From a virus, in the IMG/VR virus record IMGVR_UViG_3300038393_001027, positions 47,152 to 111,151 of that record: a DNA stretch of 64,000 nucleotides, one strand, 5' to 3'. A program made the position numbers and the translations under genes. This document shows positions 27,111-36,447 of this stretch, in pieces; position 1 is the stretch's first letter; the number at the start of each line of letters is the position of its first letter. The notes beneath the pieces were generated by a model. That model had not been told where the DNA came from. It saw nothing but the letters and a program-made list of their open reading frames with translations, and did no database searches.

Positions 27111-27524
27111 TTACTTCGCCCGCAGGTAGACCCACGTGGCGTTCTCGCCAGAGATGGCGTTCGCCCGGAAGGACTCGGAGTAGTCCTGAAGGCTACACCC
27201 CTCGTAGGTCCGGACGATCTCGTTCGTGATGTTGTCCACCACGACGATGTTGATGATGTTCAGCTTCAGGATCTCCTCGCCCAGTGCGGCCAGCCCCAGC
27301 TTGTCCAAGCTCTTCTTCCGGACATGGAACTTGTCTACGCTGAAGCTACCTTCATAGCGCAGGGCGACATGCTCCTGCGGCATGATGGAGCCGATCTCAT
27401 AGACACCTTCCTGCCCGAATGAACGGCGCCCGTCGCCCGACTGCATGCGGCCGACATCCTGACCTGCAATCAGGATCTTAATGGTATGACCAGCGTGTAC
27501 GGTCTGATTCGCGGCCGTAGCCAT
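27111..27524 (-). CDS. tail tube protein
   Basis: MATAANQTVHAG...GRMQS...GVYEIGSIMPQEHV.LRYEG, the SPO1/Twort tube signature. Confidence 0.95.
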   Translation of the reverse strand: MATAANQTVHAGHTIKILIAGQDVGRMQSGDGRRSFGQEGVYEIGSIMPQEHVALRYEGSFSVDKFHVRKKSLDKLGLAALGEEILKLNIINIVVVDNITNEIVRTYEGCSLQDYSESFRANAISGENATWVYLRAK

Positions 27525-27544
27525 GGCTTTCTACCCCCCTTCAC

Positions 27545-28669
27545 TTAGATCCGGAACTTGGCCCGGATCAGGATGTTGTTGATCGGGTCCACGACGTTGC
27601 CGAAGAACTCGACATTCACCGTGGTACCAACCTGCTGGACGGTGGGCGGCTCATAGGCCGGGGAAATAAGGGTCGAACCAGCCATCTCATCCACCAACCA
27701 GCGCCGTTGGGTCTTGGCGTTCTCCAGAATCGCCACCACGTCGGCGAAGATGGCGGCGTCCTTACCACCCCGCGTACCGACGTACTTGGTCTCCAGCATG
27801 GTCCGGATCTCAACCGTCAGCGCGTCGATGACGGTCTCGGTGGACAGTTCAGTCTTGGCCGTGGTCAGCGACTGGATCAACCGGAAGCCGCCTGCCGGAG
27901 CAGGCTCGAAGCAGATGATCCCCGCCTGCAGAAGCGCGTCGATGTTGGTTGAAGTAAGCTCGTTCTCCAGCCCGGCGGCGTTGATCAGGTCGAAGGTCAG
28001 CGGCTCAGCCGGGTCAGACCCTGCCCACATACCCGCAACCATGGCCGCCGCAAGGTAGCCGGGCAGGGTAACAAGGGCGCCATCAAAGTAGCGCTTAATG
28101 CCGCCGTGTACGAAGCACATCCGGGCGTCAAGCAAGCCCGTGGCCCCGGTAACGCTCGTGGCAACCGTGTCGCCCACCTTCGAACCGACGAAGCCCCGGC
28201 GCTCCCGGCGCTCTTTGGTGCCCGAAGCCGTGGTCACATGGGTCTTCACCAGCGCATGAATGGCCGAGTCACCGCTGGTAACGATGACGCCATCCACGTT
28301 CTTGGTGTTGAGCTTGTCCAGCGCCGTGGTCCAGTCAGTGGTCTGGATGCCGCCGCTGACACCCGTACCCACGACTTCACACAGCAGGATCAGGTCGGCC
28401 GAAGGGCCTTCCTGCGACGGCCGGGCGCTCCACGCCAATTGCATGGCCCGCAGGGTGTCACCCGTCTTTAGGTCCTCGACGGCCTGCGACGGGTTGTTAT
28501 AGTAGGCCAGCACGCCTGTGCCCTTGTTGGTCGCCGTAACATCCAACGGACCAACAACAGCCAGCACGCGGGCCGTACCCGGACTCAGAACCGTCTGCTG
28601 GTCGGCGGACACCTGCGAATAGGCGCCCGGCTTGTAGATCGTCGCTCCATTAAAGCTAATGCCCGGCAT
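27545..28669 (-). CDS. tail sheath protein (compact, 374 aa)
   Basis: F.G..IYKPGAYS, PGYLAAAMVAG, EPLT, L...GII.FE, P.NNILI; directly upstream of the tube gene. Confidence 0.85.
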   Translation of the reverse strand: MPGISFNGATIYKPGAYSQVSADQQTVLSPGTARVLAVVGPLDVTATNKGTGVLAYYNNPSQAVEDLKTGDTLRAMQLAWSARPSQEGPSADLILLCEVVGTGVSGGIQTTDWTTALDKLNTKNVDGVIVTSGDSAIHALVKTHVTTASGTKERRERRGFVGSKVGDTVATSVTGATGLLDARMCFVHGGIKRYFDGALVTLPGYLAAAMVAGMWAGSDPAEPLTFDLINAAGLENELTSTNIDALLQAGIICFEPAPAGGFRLIQSLTTAKTELSTETVIDALTVEIRTMLETKYVGTRGGKDAAIFADVVAILENAKTQRRWLVDEMAGSTLISPAYEPPTVQQVGTTVNVEFFGNVVDPINNILIRAKFRI

Positions 28670-28783
28670 GGTCGTTTCCCTCCTCAACTCAATTGGTTTG
28701 CCAGTTAGGGGTATGGGAGGGGGTAAATCCCTCTCCCATTTCGGTATATCGTAAGGTTTTCCCTTCTGACGGTTCCGTGTTTT

Positions 28784-29359
28784 TTACGGATTTGGACTGC
28801 CAGTGACGCCGAAGGCCTCGATCGTACTGTCAGTACTGACCGTTTTGACCGTCAGGGGGTTCCAGAAATTGATTACGAGGGTGTACCAGTAGAGCGGCAT
28901 CGGGAAGCCGTTCCCTTGAGCCTGCTCGTCGCGCCCACTGCCCAGCCGGATGTTGGTGTAGCCCAGTTCGGCGAGGTAGTTCAGGGACGCATACAGGATC
29001 CCCTCAACAAGTGGGGCCAGTTTGTCACGCTCGTCGGCGTTGGTGTGCCAGACCCGGATCTCCAGCGCCTCATCAAAGAAGGTTGATCGGGTGATCAGCC
29101 ACTTCTGGTACGTGGGACTCGCCGGATCATCGTCATACTGGGCGTCTTCCGACTGGCCGATGGCCTCTCCCTGCAGGTTCTTGCTGGCGATGTTGACCGC
29201 CACACAGGGGATGTTGCCTTCGAGAGTCGGGTCCGAGCCGATGATTTTGAGCATGTTCAAACCGTAGTAGTGGTCTAAACCAAGCTTCAACAGAGCGATG
29301 ATCGCAGACTTCGACGCATGACTCTGAATCTGGATCTGGGCAAAGTCCGGCGTTGACAT
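28784..29359 (-). CDS. tail terminator/completion protein
   Basis: Position in the neck module; P.VAV and WH.N.DERD motifs. Confidence 0.65.
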   Translation of the reverse strand: MSTPDFAQIQIQSHASKSAIIALLKLGLDHYYGLNMLKIIGSDPTLEGNIPCVAVNIASKNLQGEAIGQSEDAQYDDDPASPTYQKWLITRSTFFDEALEIRVWHTNADERDKLAPLVEGILYASLNYLAELGYTNIRLGSGRDEQAQGNGFPMPLYWYTLVINFWNPLTVKTVSTDSTIEAFGVTGSPNP

Positions 29360-29371
29360 GGCAGTACCCCC

Positions 29372-30205
29372 TTACACGCCCAAGGCATCCATAATGTCCA
29401 TTTGGAAGCCCACCCGGATCAGGTTGATGACCTTCTCACTGGTGTTCTCCTTCACAGCTTCCGTGACAGGACGGGGCGGTACACCGGGGAACTGCCACGA
29501 GTTGGGATCGGACTTGACCGACATGCGCCGGAAAGTCAGGTACTCGGTTTGATGGCCGCCGTTCATCTTGACCATGCCCGAGAACTGCCCAGTCTTCCAC
29601 GTGTAGGCGAACTGGCGGGCGTTCTCGCCCGGTCCCTTGGTCAGTTTGGTACGCTGGCCGTCCATAGACTTACCCAGCCTGCCACCCCACTGGTAGCTGA
29701 ACTGGCCGTCCTTCCGGCGGCCTACGATGCTGGATTCGGCCAGACCTTTGGCCTGTTCGTAGACGTGATCAGGCATACTCGACATCGTGGCGGCGCCGGG
29801 CGTTCCGTGGCGGAATGGGATTGTGATGTAGTCCTTCCCACTCGACCGCAGGGCGTCCTTCATATCAAACGGCCGAATGCCGTTCTCCACGAGTCGCCCG
29901 TGCCATGAGGTAGAAATGACTTCACCCATCAGCGGGTCGCCCAGTGCTGGGTATGCCAACCCACTCTGAACCGATCGGACGTACTCACCAGACACACTGT
30001 GCACCTGAAAGGTGCCACCTGACCAGATTACCTGCACCCCCTGCAGGTAGCTGGCCCATGTTGCCTGTACGAACTCCGTCGCCGTGCGCACAGCCTGCGC
30101 CACGTTGGAGTTGCTTCGGGATTGACCCATGGCGTCAAGGTTGCGCATGATCTGCCGCATCGACGCCTGCGCATCCCGCACGTCAACGTCAAGGTTCAGA
30201 ATCAA
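29372..30205 (-). CDS. neck protein
   Basis: PFDMK, YITIPFRH.TP and YLTFRRMS.KS.PNSW, typical of Herelleviridae neck proteins. Confidence 0.8.
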   Translation of the reverse strand: MILNLDVDVRDAQASMRQIMRNLDAMGQSRSNSNVAQAVRTATEFVQATWASYLQGVQVIWSGGTFQVHSVSGEYVRSVQSGLAYPALGDPLMGEVISTSWHGRLVENGIRPFDMKDALRSSGKDYITIPFRHGTPGAATMSSMPDHVYEQAKGLAESSIVGRRKDGQFSYQWGGRLGKSMDGQRTKLTKGPGENARQFAYTWKTGQFSGMVKMNGGHQTEYLTFRRMSVKSDPNSWQFPGVPPRPVTEAVKENTSEKVINLIRVGFQMDIMDALGV

Positions 30206-30216
30206 GCGCTCACCTC

Positions 30217-30954
30217 CTACAGGTCATCCCGATAGCGCAGGATCAGCTTCCGGGGCATGTGCTGACCCTCGATGCCGTCCCGACTCTGTGGCAGTTGGTT
30301 GTAGACGATGTAAACGGGGTTGTGCCAGTAGGTGACGGAGTACTGGGCGCCCGGAACCGGGCCGCGCCCTGCCACCCAGTCAATCTTATTCCCTACCACC
30401 GTGAAGTCGGTTTCTACCGTGTAGTAGGTCACTTCACCAGTGCTGGGGTTGGCCGTCAGCACGAAGTCAACAGCCGGGGTCCCATCATCGTTCGTAGCGA
30501 TACCTTCGTAGCGTAGGGTATCGGCGGGGCGCTTCTGCTGAGCTTCCCCACGAACCAAGGTCTCATGGGACCGGAACATGGCATCAACCAGTGTAAACTT
30601 GTCCCATTCACCCGCCGGAAAGAGCGGGTTGTCTTCGAAGAAGAACGATTGAGCGGTCGGCTGGCGGCGAACTTCAGCGGCGATGGTTGCCACCAAGTCT
30701 CCCATCTTCCAGTCGCCCATTCCGTTAAACTCCTTCGTCAGAACCAAACCCGTCACCAGAATCCCGTCAGCTTCAAAGACGGGTGGCAGGTATGTGTACC
30801 CGGTCCCGTCACAGGCCTTGCAGGTCATGGTAGGTTGGCCGGACTCCAGATTCCAGCAGGTGCACCGATTGGCGCGTTCCCACTTCACCTTGGAAGCATG
30901 GTTGGAGATGGCGCTGGCGAAGCGCCGGGACTCCATCGTTGGGGTGTGCCGCAT
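30217..30954 (-). CDS. head closure/neck protein with Zn finger
   Basis: KWERA..CTC...P...CKACDGTG; start ATG 30954. Confidence 0.8.
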   Translation of the reverse strand: MRHTPTMESRRFASAISNHASKVKWERANRCTCWNLESGQPTMTCKACDGTGYTYLPPVFEADGILVTGLVLTKEFNGMGDWKMGDLVATIAAEVRRQPTAQSFFFEDNPLFPAGEWDKFTLVDAMFRSHETLVRGEAQQKRPADTLRYEGIATNDDGTPAVDFVLTANPSTGEVTYYTVETDFTVVGNKIDWVAGRGPVPGAQYSVTYWHNPVYIVYNQLPQSRDGIEGQHMPRKLILRYRDDL

Positions 30955-30965
30955 AGCTGTGCCCC

Positions 30966-31853
30966 CTACAGGACAGTAAACCGCAGACCACGCAGGCGGT
31001 CCCGGTTCTCTTTGACCCACTCCGTGATCTCGGTCGCATAGATGGCCCGGCGGGCGCCGAAGGCCGCAAAGGACGGGCTGGACGTCTGCGACAGGCTCTC
31101 GGACAGACCGTCAAGGCTGACGCTGTAGCTCGACACACCCGGCAGGAAGGCATCGCCGGAGACGTCAAGCGCCATGATGGCCGCAAACCTTGCACACATG
31201 TCGGCGATGTCGGCGTTCTCCATCAGCGTCAGGTCCATACCCGCATCGTAGTCCACCCAGAAGGCGCCCGGCATGACATTCGCCCAACTCATGTGCGCCA
31301 GCGGGTACCCATTCACAGGGTAGGTGATCCCTGCGTTGGTCCCGTAGGGGACGATGCGCAGAAGACCGCTCTTCTTCGTCAGGTGAAGCCACTCAGCCGG
31401 GTACTCCATGAGCTTCTGGCCGTTGGGCACGCGCAGTTCCACCCTGTGCACCTTCCGCACGTGCCCCTGCCGAAGCTTTAAGGTCATGTGACCCTGCCCG
31501 AAGTCCTCTGGATGCCAGTCGTATGGCTCTTCCTCGATCTCGAAGTCACCTTCAACAACCGTTCCGTCAGCCTTCATCACGGTCTGCGTCAGTCCTTGAG
31601 CCTCACCGTTGCACCGGATCCGCTTCACGTCCATCTTGATCATCAGGTCACGTTCAAACTTCGACACGGCCCGGTTAATGTACCGGGCCAGTGTGTTTAG
31701 TTCCATCGTGGTGCCGAACTCGGTGGACAGAAGTGGCAGACCGAACAAGTAGTCCTTCTTCAGAAGGTCCGGCGTCAGCCATTCCGGGGTGGGAATGGTT
31801 TGACCCGCCGCCCGGTTGCCATCGGTAATGAGGTAGGCCACGGGTCCCACCAT
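30966..31853 (-). CDS. head-tail adaptor protein
   Basis: YLFGLPL, VDYDAG, PGVSSYSVSLDGLSES...T.S...AAFGAR. Confidence 0.8.
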   Translation of the reverse strand: MVGPVAYLITDGNRAAGQTIPTPEWLTPDLLKKDYLFGLPLLSTEFGTTMELNTLARYINRAVSKFERDLMIKMDVKRIRCNGEAQGLTQTVMKADGTVVEGDFEIEEEPYDWHPEDFGQGHMTLKLRQGHVRKVHRVELRVPNGQKLMEYPAEWLHLTKKSGLLRIVPYGTNAGITYPVNGYPLAHMSWANVMPGAFWVDYDAGMDLTLMENADIADMCARFAAIMALDVSGDAFLPGVSSYSVSLDGLSESLSQTSSPSFAAFGARRAIYATEITEWVKENRDRLRGLRFTVL

Positions 31854-31859
31854 CCTTCC

Positions 31860-32336
31860 TTAGATGCCCTTCACCTTGTCGATCTCGGCCTGAATCTTGG
31901 CGATGCCCCAGTTACCCTTGGCCGGGATGCCCAGCGTATGAGCCTCCTCGATCAAGGCCTTCTTCAGGTCAACATCGTTCTCAGCCGGGGTCGGCGGAAG
32001 CGGAGCACCATCGCCATCCGTCTTCTCCGTAACAGGGTCTTCCTGCGCTGGGGCCGGGGTGGTATCTTCAGCGTTCTTCTCAGGCGCCGGGGTCTCCTGC
32101 GCCGGGGCCGGGGTCTCCTGCGCCGGGGCGGGCGGCGGTGCCACCTTCACGGGGGTTTGGGGCGGCGCCGGGGTGTTGTCGTCATCCGGCAGGACCGTGT
32201 AACCAACGGCCTTCGCTTGGTTCAGGACGTTCTCGTCATCGTTCACGGTCCCGGTACCCTGCAGGAACTCGACCGCCGTTCCGGCGATATAGACGATGCC
32301 ACTGAAGGTCTTGTTCTCAAGCTCAATCTTCGGCAT
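31860..32336 (-). CDS. Pro/Ala-rich protein with C-terminal HeH/Rho-N-like helices
   Basis: PAPAQET repeats; LIEEAHTLGI...IQAEI; directly after the capsid gene. Confidence 0.75.
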   Translation of the reverse strand: MPKIELENKTFSGIVYIAGTAVEFLQGTGTVNDDENVLNQAKAVGYTVLPDDDNTPAPPQTPVKVAPPPAPAQETPAPAQETPAPEKNAEDTTPAPAQEDPVTEKTDGDGAPLPPTPAENDVDLKKALIEEAHTLGIPAKGNWGIAKIQAEIDKVKGI

Positions 32337-32360
32337 GTAGGTGTCCTCCTCTCATTATCA

Positions 32361-32395
32361 AAAGAGGGGCAGGGCCTATGACCCCGCCCCTCTTT
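32361..32395 (-). terminator. intrinsic terminator after the major capsid gene
   Basis: AAAGAGGGGC/GCCCCTCTTT stem followed by a T-tract on the minus strand. Confidence 0.75.
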
Positions 32396-32411
32396 GGCGC
32401 CGCTTCCGTTA

Positions 32412-33857
32412 TTAGGCGTTCAGGGCGTCGTGCATGGCGCCCGGATCGAAGCCCGGCACCCAGCCGATGTTCTTGATGACGACAAACCGCTTGGCGTTGT
32501 ACACCACGGGCATGCCGAACATCAGAATCATGAAGCGCTCGGCCGCAGAGATGCGGGCCAGCGGGAGCTTCATGAGCGGGGCAAGCTGGAAGAACCGAGC
32601 GGCCTGCTCCGGATCGAAGTCACCGATCAGGCACCGCGACGTACCGGGGATGTCGAAGTTCCGATCCACGATGACGGTCGTCGCACCCGCAGTGGCCTTG
32701 ATGTCGAAGGCGTGCATGGCCTTGGTCGAACCGCCGATCAGCGAGCGGTAGACCTTGTAGTACCGGACACCCGCCGGGTTGGTGACGGTGATGGTGACCG
32801 CCTGACCAGACGCAACAGCGACGGTACCCGTGACCGGGGTAGACCAGCCCTTGGCGTTGACAGCCACGATGCTGTAGGTGTGCGTACCAGCATCGCCAGC
32901 CGCGAACTTCGAGGTAGCGTCAGCACCCGCCGTGATGGCTCCAGAAAGGGTCGGCGCAGACGGCGCCTCAGCGCTGGAAGCGCTGGTCGGGGCAACCTCG
33001 CCCTTCTGGATGAAGAGGTTGTTCTCGAAGGGGATGGTGCCATGGGCCGATTCGTACTCCTTGATCGGAGCACCAAGCTTCCCGTTGACAGCGCCCCACG
33101 TCGCCCGGCGGAAGTTGGTGGCCGGGTCGGCGCCGTCGCCCATGACGAGGGTCGCCAGAGCGGCCTTGTCGTAGTTGTTGAAGTAGGCGACTTCCGGGGC
33201 GCCATAGCCCTTGGTGGCGATCAGGTAGGCGGCCGCCTCGAAGACGCCTTCGTTGACGAACTTACCCCGCATGTCGATGACGTGATTCGGCTCGTCACGC
33301 TCGATCTGCGCGAAGAGCCCGTCCCACTGAAGCGGATCAAGCTGGGAGTCGCCGTAGAACAGGGCGTGCTCGGTCTGCTTGAGAAGCCACGTGGTGCCGT
33401 CCTGCGACTGCTTGGTGACCATATCGCCCAGCACGTTGCGAACGAGGGTGGCGCCGAGGGTGATGCTCCGGGTAGTACCGAGAAACTTCACCATCGCGCT
33501 CCGGCGCTCCCAAGACGAGTCTTCCTCGTTCGGCAGGCCGCCGTCGATCATAAACGGGCTGGACTTGCCACCGAAGGAGACCATGCGGTTGTACTCCTCA
33601 GTGGTGTTGTAGGCCGGACGCTTGCCCAGCTTCTTGAAGAGCTTCACGTGCCGCTCAGTGGCGAGGGAGATCTTCATGGTAGCTTCCAGCGACTGGGGGC
33701 GCAGGACGCTCATGTCGCCGCCGTACTGGCCGTAGGCCTCACCAGCCTGCCCGGTACCAAGCGCCTTGTTCAGTTCAGCCACGTTTTCGGCAGTATCGAC
33801 ACCCCAACCAGACAGGTTCAGGTGCCCAAACTGCTCAATCCCAAGGACATCAGCCAT
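32412..33857 (-). CDS. major capsid protein precursor
   Basis: LRPQSLE.T, AYNTTEEY, EHALFYGDS, DGL, VIDMRG, L.PLMKLPLA; SPO1/Twort type; predicted cut ELNK31/A32. Confidence 0.95.
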   Translation of the reverse strand: MADVLGIEQFGHLNLSGWGVDTAENVAELNKALGTGQAGEAYGQYGGDMSVLRPQSLEATMKISLATERHVKLFKKLGKRPAYNTTEEYNRMVSFGGKSSPFMIDGGLPNEEDSSWERRSAMVKFLGTTRSITLGATLVRNVLGDMVTKQSQDGTTWLLKQTEHALFYGDSQLDPLQWDGLFAQIERDEPNHVIDMRGKFVNEGVFEAAAYLIATKGYGAPEVAYFNNYDKAALATLVMGDGADPATNFRRATWGAVNGKLGAPIKEYESAHGTIPFENNLFIQKGEVAPTSASSAEAPSAPTLSGAITAGADATSKFAAGDAGTHTYSIVAVNAKGWSTPVTGTVAVASGQAVTITVTNPAGVRYYKVYRSLIGGSTKAMHAFDIKATAGATTVIVDRNFDIPGTSRCLIGDFDPEQAARFFQLAPLMKLPLARISAAERFMILMFGMPVVYNAKRFVVIKNIGWVPGFDPGAMHDALNA

Positions 33858-33899
33858 GCTCGTTCATCTCCTTCCTATTGTCAGCGAGAGTTGGTGGTG

Positions 33900-34589
33900 T
33901 TAGAGGGAGATGCCGATGGCAGACGCCACCTGCGGGCTCAACGCGCCCGTAACCTCGTAGCGGGTTACCTCGGCAGAGTCGATCTTGCCCGCAACAGCCG
34001 CCTCGACCAGCTTGTCCGAAATCTGGGCAGGCGTCAGGCCGGAACCGGACTGGGCGTCCTGTTGGCCGCCGATGGACTTGCGCAGAGTCTGGATTTCGCG
34101 GGTATTAACCACCGCCCGGCGCCCGGTCGGGGCCTCCGTCAGGCTCTTCAGCAGGTCGTGGACCTCAGTCATCTGGGCCTTCAGGGTCGTGTTCTCCTCC
34201 ACGAGACCCTTAACCACCTGACCCACAACACCAAGGCTCTTGGCGAGACTGATGTTGAAGCTCTTCTGGGTGTCCAGCGACTTGCTCAAAGTGGCGCTGA
34301 AGCCGTCCACCGTGTCACCAAGCTGAGTCACAAGGGCTTCAAGGAAGTCGCTGACCTCAAGAGCGGCTGGGACGTCTGCATGGGACTTGATCAGGTCGTC
34401 GGCGAAGGACTTCTCGGACTCATCGTCCTCGTCAGCCTCCTCACCAGCGCCCTCGTCCTCATCCGGCTCCCACTCCTCATCACCAGCGCCCGACTTATCG
34501 CCAGACTCCTGCGACTCGGACTGGTCACCTTCTGCAGACTTCAGAAGCTCATCAAGGCTGACATCAAGGCTCTTAGCCAGATCCTCCAT
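33900..34589 (-). CDS. nested in-frame scaffold protein
   Basis: GGAGGTGA RBS at 34604-34597 before internal ATG 34589; acidic and coiled-coil with many K/S sites. Confidence 0.7.
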   Translation of the reverse strand: MEDLAKSLDVSLDELLKSAEGDQSESQESGDKSGAGDEEWEPDEDEGAGEEADEDDESEKSFADDLIKSHADVPAALEVSDFLEALVTQLGDTVDGFSATLSKSLDTQKSFNISLAKSLGVVGQVVKGLVEENTTLKAQMTEVHDLLKSLTEAPTGRRAVVNTREIQTLRKSIGGQQDAQSGSGLTPAQISDKLVEAAVAGKIDSAEVTRYEVTGALSPQVASAIGISL

Positions 34590-35447
34590 ACCTAGTTCAC
34601 CTCCTGCCAGCCTTTCAGCTAGGCTTTTTAGCAAAACCGCCCGGTCGTAACCGTAGCGGGCCGCTTCCTCTGCTACATCGGGGCTGTCAGCCAGCAAGTA
34701 CAGATCGGTGGCGATCCGCTCTGGCGTGAAAGTCTCGATAGCCTTCTTCAGCCCCATGGCCCGGTGCATTCCACCCAGCCAGCGGCCAACTACCAGACGT
34801 ACCCGCCGGGCAAAGTCGTTGTAGGCGGCGTTGGGGTCGCCGTCGCCTTCCAAGCTTTCCGGCATGATGGCCGCCATCCCCGCGGTGTCCAGCGAGAACT
34901 CCAGCGGGTCCTCCGTCCAGTCAAACGACTTGGCGATACGCGCCCAAGCCCCTGAATCCACCGGGTTCATGGTCAGCGCCACGTTCCGGATGATCGACTT
35001 GGTGACCCGGCCGGGGTCGTTGGGATCCCGCTTCACGGCGCCACCTTCGATGGAGAAGCCCATCCGGCGGCTTGCGCCGGACTTTTCGAGCGTTTCCATC
35101 TGCTCGACAATCTTCTTGGTGTACTTGTGCTTGCCGTAGAGCATCCCCTTGATGAAGAAGCCCTCTGGCGTGATGCGGGCCTCCAGTGGTTCACCAACGA
35201 ACTGATCAGGCTGAACGATGCCCTTTCTGTCGTGGTGCTCCCATTTGATGTGACCCTTCTTTAGGAAGTAGCTGTAGTCAATCCCTTCAGGGACCAACTG
35301 CTCATCCTGCTCGTCCCGGCGCCCGGTGTTGGCGACGCCTTCGACGTAGACGTTGCCCGTCACCGGATCAACGGTGGACTTGGTGATCTCAACGCCCCAT
35401 ACGAGGCGGTCTTCCGGGCGAATTTCGGTCGTTTCCGTCGGACTCAC
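33900..35447 (-). CDS. prohead protease fused to scaffold (start uncertain: GTG 35447, ACG 35438 or ATG 35480)
   Basis: G.A.T...D.Q.E, G.IKWEH, GFSIEG, NVALT.NP. Confidence 0.85.
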   Translation of the reverse strand: MSPTETTEIRPEDRLVWGVEITKSTVDPVTGNVYVEGVANTGRRDEQDEQLVPEGIDYSYFLKKGHIKWEHHDRKGIVQPDQFVGEPLEARITPEGFFIKGMLYGKHKYTKKIVEQMETLEKSGASRRMGFSIEGGAVKRDPNDPGRVTKSIIRNVALTMNPVDSGAWARIAKSFDWTEDPLEFSLDTAGMAAIMPESLEGDGDPNAAYNDFARRVRLVVGRWLGGMHRAMGLKKAIETFTPERIATDLYLLADSPDVAEEAARYGYDRAVLLKSLAERLAGGELGMEDLAKSLDVSLDELLKSAEGDQSESQESGDKSGAGDEEWEPDEDEGAGEEADEDDESEKSFADDLIKSHADVPAALEVSDFLEALVTQLGDTVDGFSATLSKSLDTQKSFNISLAKSLGVVGQVVKGLVEENTTLKAQMTEVHDLLKSLTEAPTGRRAVVNTREIQTLRKSIGGQQDAQSGSGLTPAQISDKLVEAAVAGKIDSAEVTRYEVTGALSPQVASAIGISL

Positions 35448-35460
35448 CCCCTGAGAAAAA

Positions 35461-35541
35461 CATGAAACGGCCTCGCCCATACCCCTGCCGACGCCCCCAG
35501 TTACGGGAGTGAGTGGATGAGGTATGAGCGGGCCGTCCATG
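35461..35541 (-). promoter_or_regulatory. long RNA hairpin in the leader of the protease-capsid operon
   Basis: CAUGGACGGCC-CGCUCAUACCUC pairs with GGGGUAUGGGCG-AGGCCGUUUCAUG; G.U pairs form on the minus strand. Confidence 0.65.
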
Positions 35542-35659
35542 AAGGACACGATTGTGCCGCTGGAACCAAGATACCACAGGTGGCTAATTGTTGACAATAC
35601 ATCAGGAAGGAAAACCCTCAAAGATGCCCGAATTTGTGCATCAGAAGGGGGTTTCCGGC

Positions 35660-36208
35660 ATGTACGACGTCATTCTGACCGATCCACCTTGGAAGTATAA
35701 CGCTGGCTATAAGACCAAAAAGGCTGGTGCCGCCACTGCGCACTACCCTACGATGCGACTAGAAGAGCTAAAAAAGCTCCCTGTTGCCAGTCTAGCGGCC
35801 TCCAACTGCGCTCTGTTCATGTGGGCTACGAATCCCAAGCTGGGTGAGGCTGTTGCACTCATGGAAGCTTGGGGCTTCACATATACCACAGTCGCCTTTG
35901 TCTGGGTCAAGACCTACAAGGACGGGCGCCCCATCTGCGGGCTAGGACACTACACCCGGAGCGCTACAGAGCTTTGCCTGTTGGGCATCCGGGGCAAAAT
36001 GCCCCGTGACGACAACAAGGTTGGGCAGGTCATCTACGATCTGGTCCGGGGCCACAGCCGCAAGCCCGACGCACAGTATGAGCGAATCATGGCTCTCTAT
36101 CAAGGGCGCCGCTACTTGGAGATGTTCGCCCGGCGCCCATGGGAAGGCTGGGATAGTTGGGGGAACCAGATCGAAAGTGCCCTTGATGCAGTTCAGGTGC
36201 TCGGTTAA
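35660..36208 (+). CDS. MT-A70 family N6-adenine methyltransferase
   Basis: DPPW, HYPTM, LFMWAT, WGF.Y...FVWVK, YTRS..E.CLLG, HSRKP, LEMFAR. Confidence 0.92.
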   Translation: MYDVILTDPPWKYNAGYKTKKAGAATAHYPTMRLEELKKLPVASLAASNCALFMWATNPKLGEAVALMEAWGFTYTTVAFVWVKTYKDGRPICGLGHYTRSATELCLLGIRGKMPRDDNKVGQVIYDLVRGHSRKPDAQYERIMALYQGRRYLEMFARRPWEGWDSWGNQIESALDAVQVLG

Positions 36209-36214
36209 AAGAAA

Positions 36215-36236
36215 AACCCCGCCAGATGGCGGGGTT
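36215..36236. terminator. bidirectional terminator between convergent genes
   Basis: AACCCCGCC-AGAT-GGCGGGGTT with an A-tract on the left and T-rich sequence on the right. Confidence 0.8.
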
Positions 36237-36444
36237 ATTTCGTTATCACGTGGCGGATGGTGGGCGCCAGCCGCACCGGGATCTCGACACCCCGTTTGCA
36301 CTGAGGGCACTTTCCGATGGCCTTGCCGTCTGTCCGGAAGGTGGTAAGCCGTGTGAGCAGATGGAGATTCCCTTCCTCATCGCGGGTCATGAGGCTCTTC
36401 CCGCAGTGCGGGCAGGTCTTCTCGTAGTCGCTCACACGGTCCAC
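36235..36444 (-). CDS. small zinc-ribbon protein
   Basis: CPHC...CPQC. Confidence 0.7.
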   Translation of the reverse strand: MDRVSDYEKTCPHCGKSLMTRDEEGNLHLLTRLTTFRTDGKAIGKCPQCKRGVEIPVRLAPTIRHVITK

Positions 36445-36447
36445 CCT

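Noticed and set aside
35591-35620. TTGACA upstream of the methyltransferase as a sigmaA promoter
   Set aside because: No -10 hexamer at 16-18 bp spacing.
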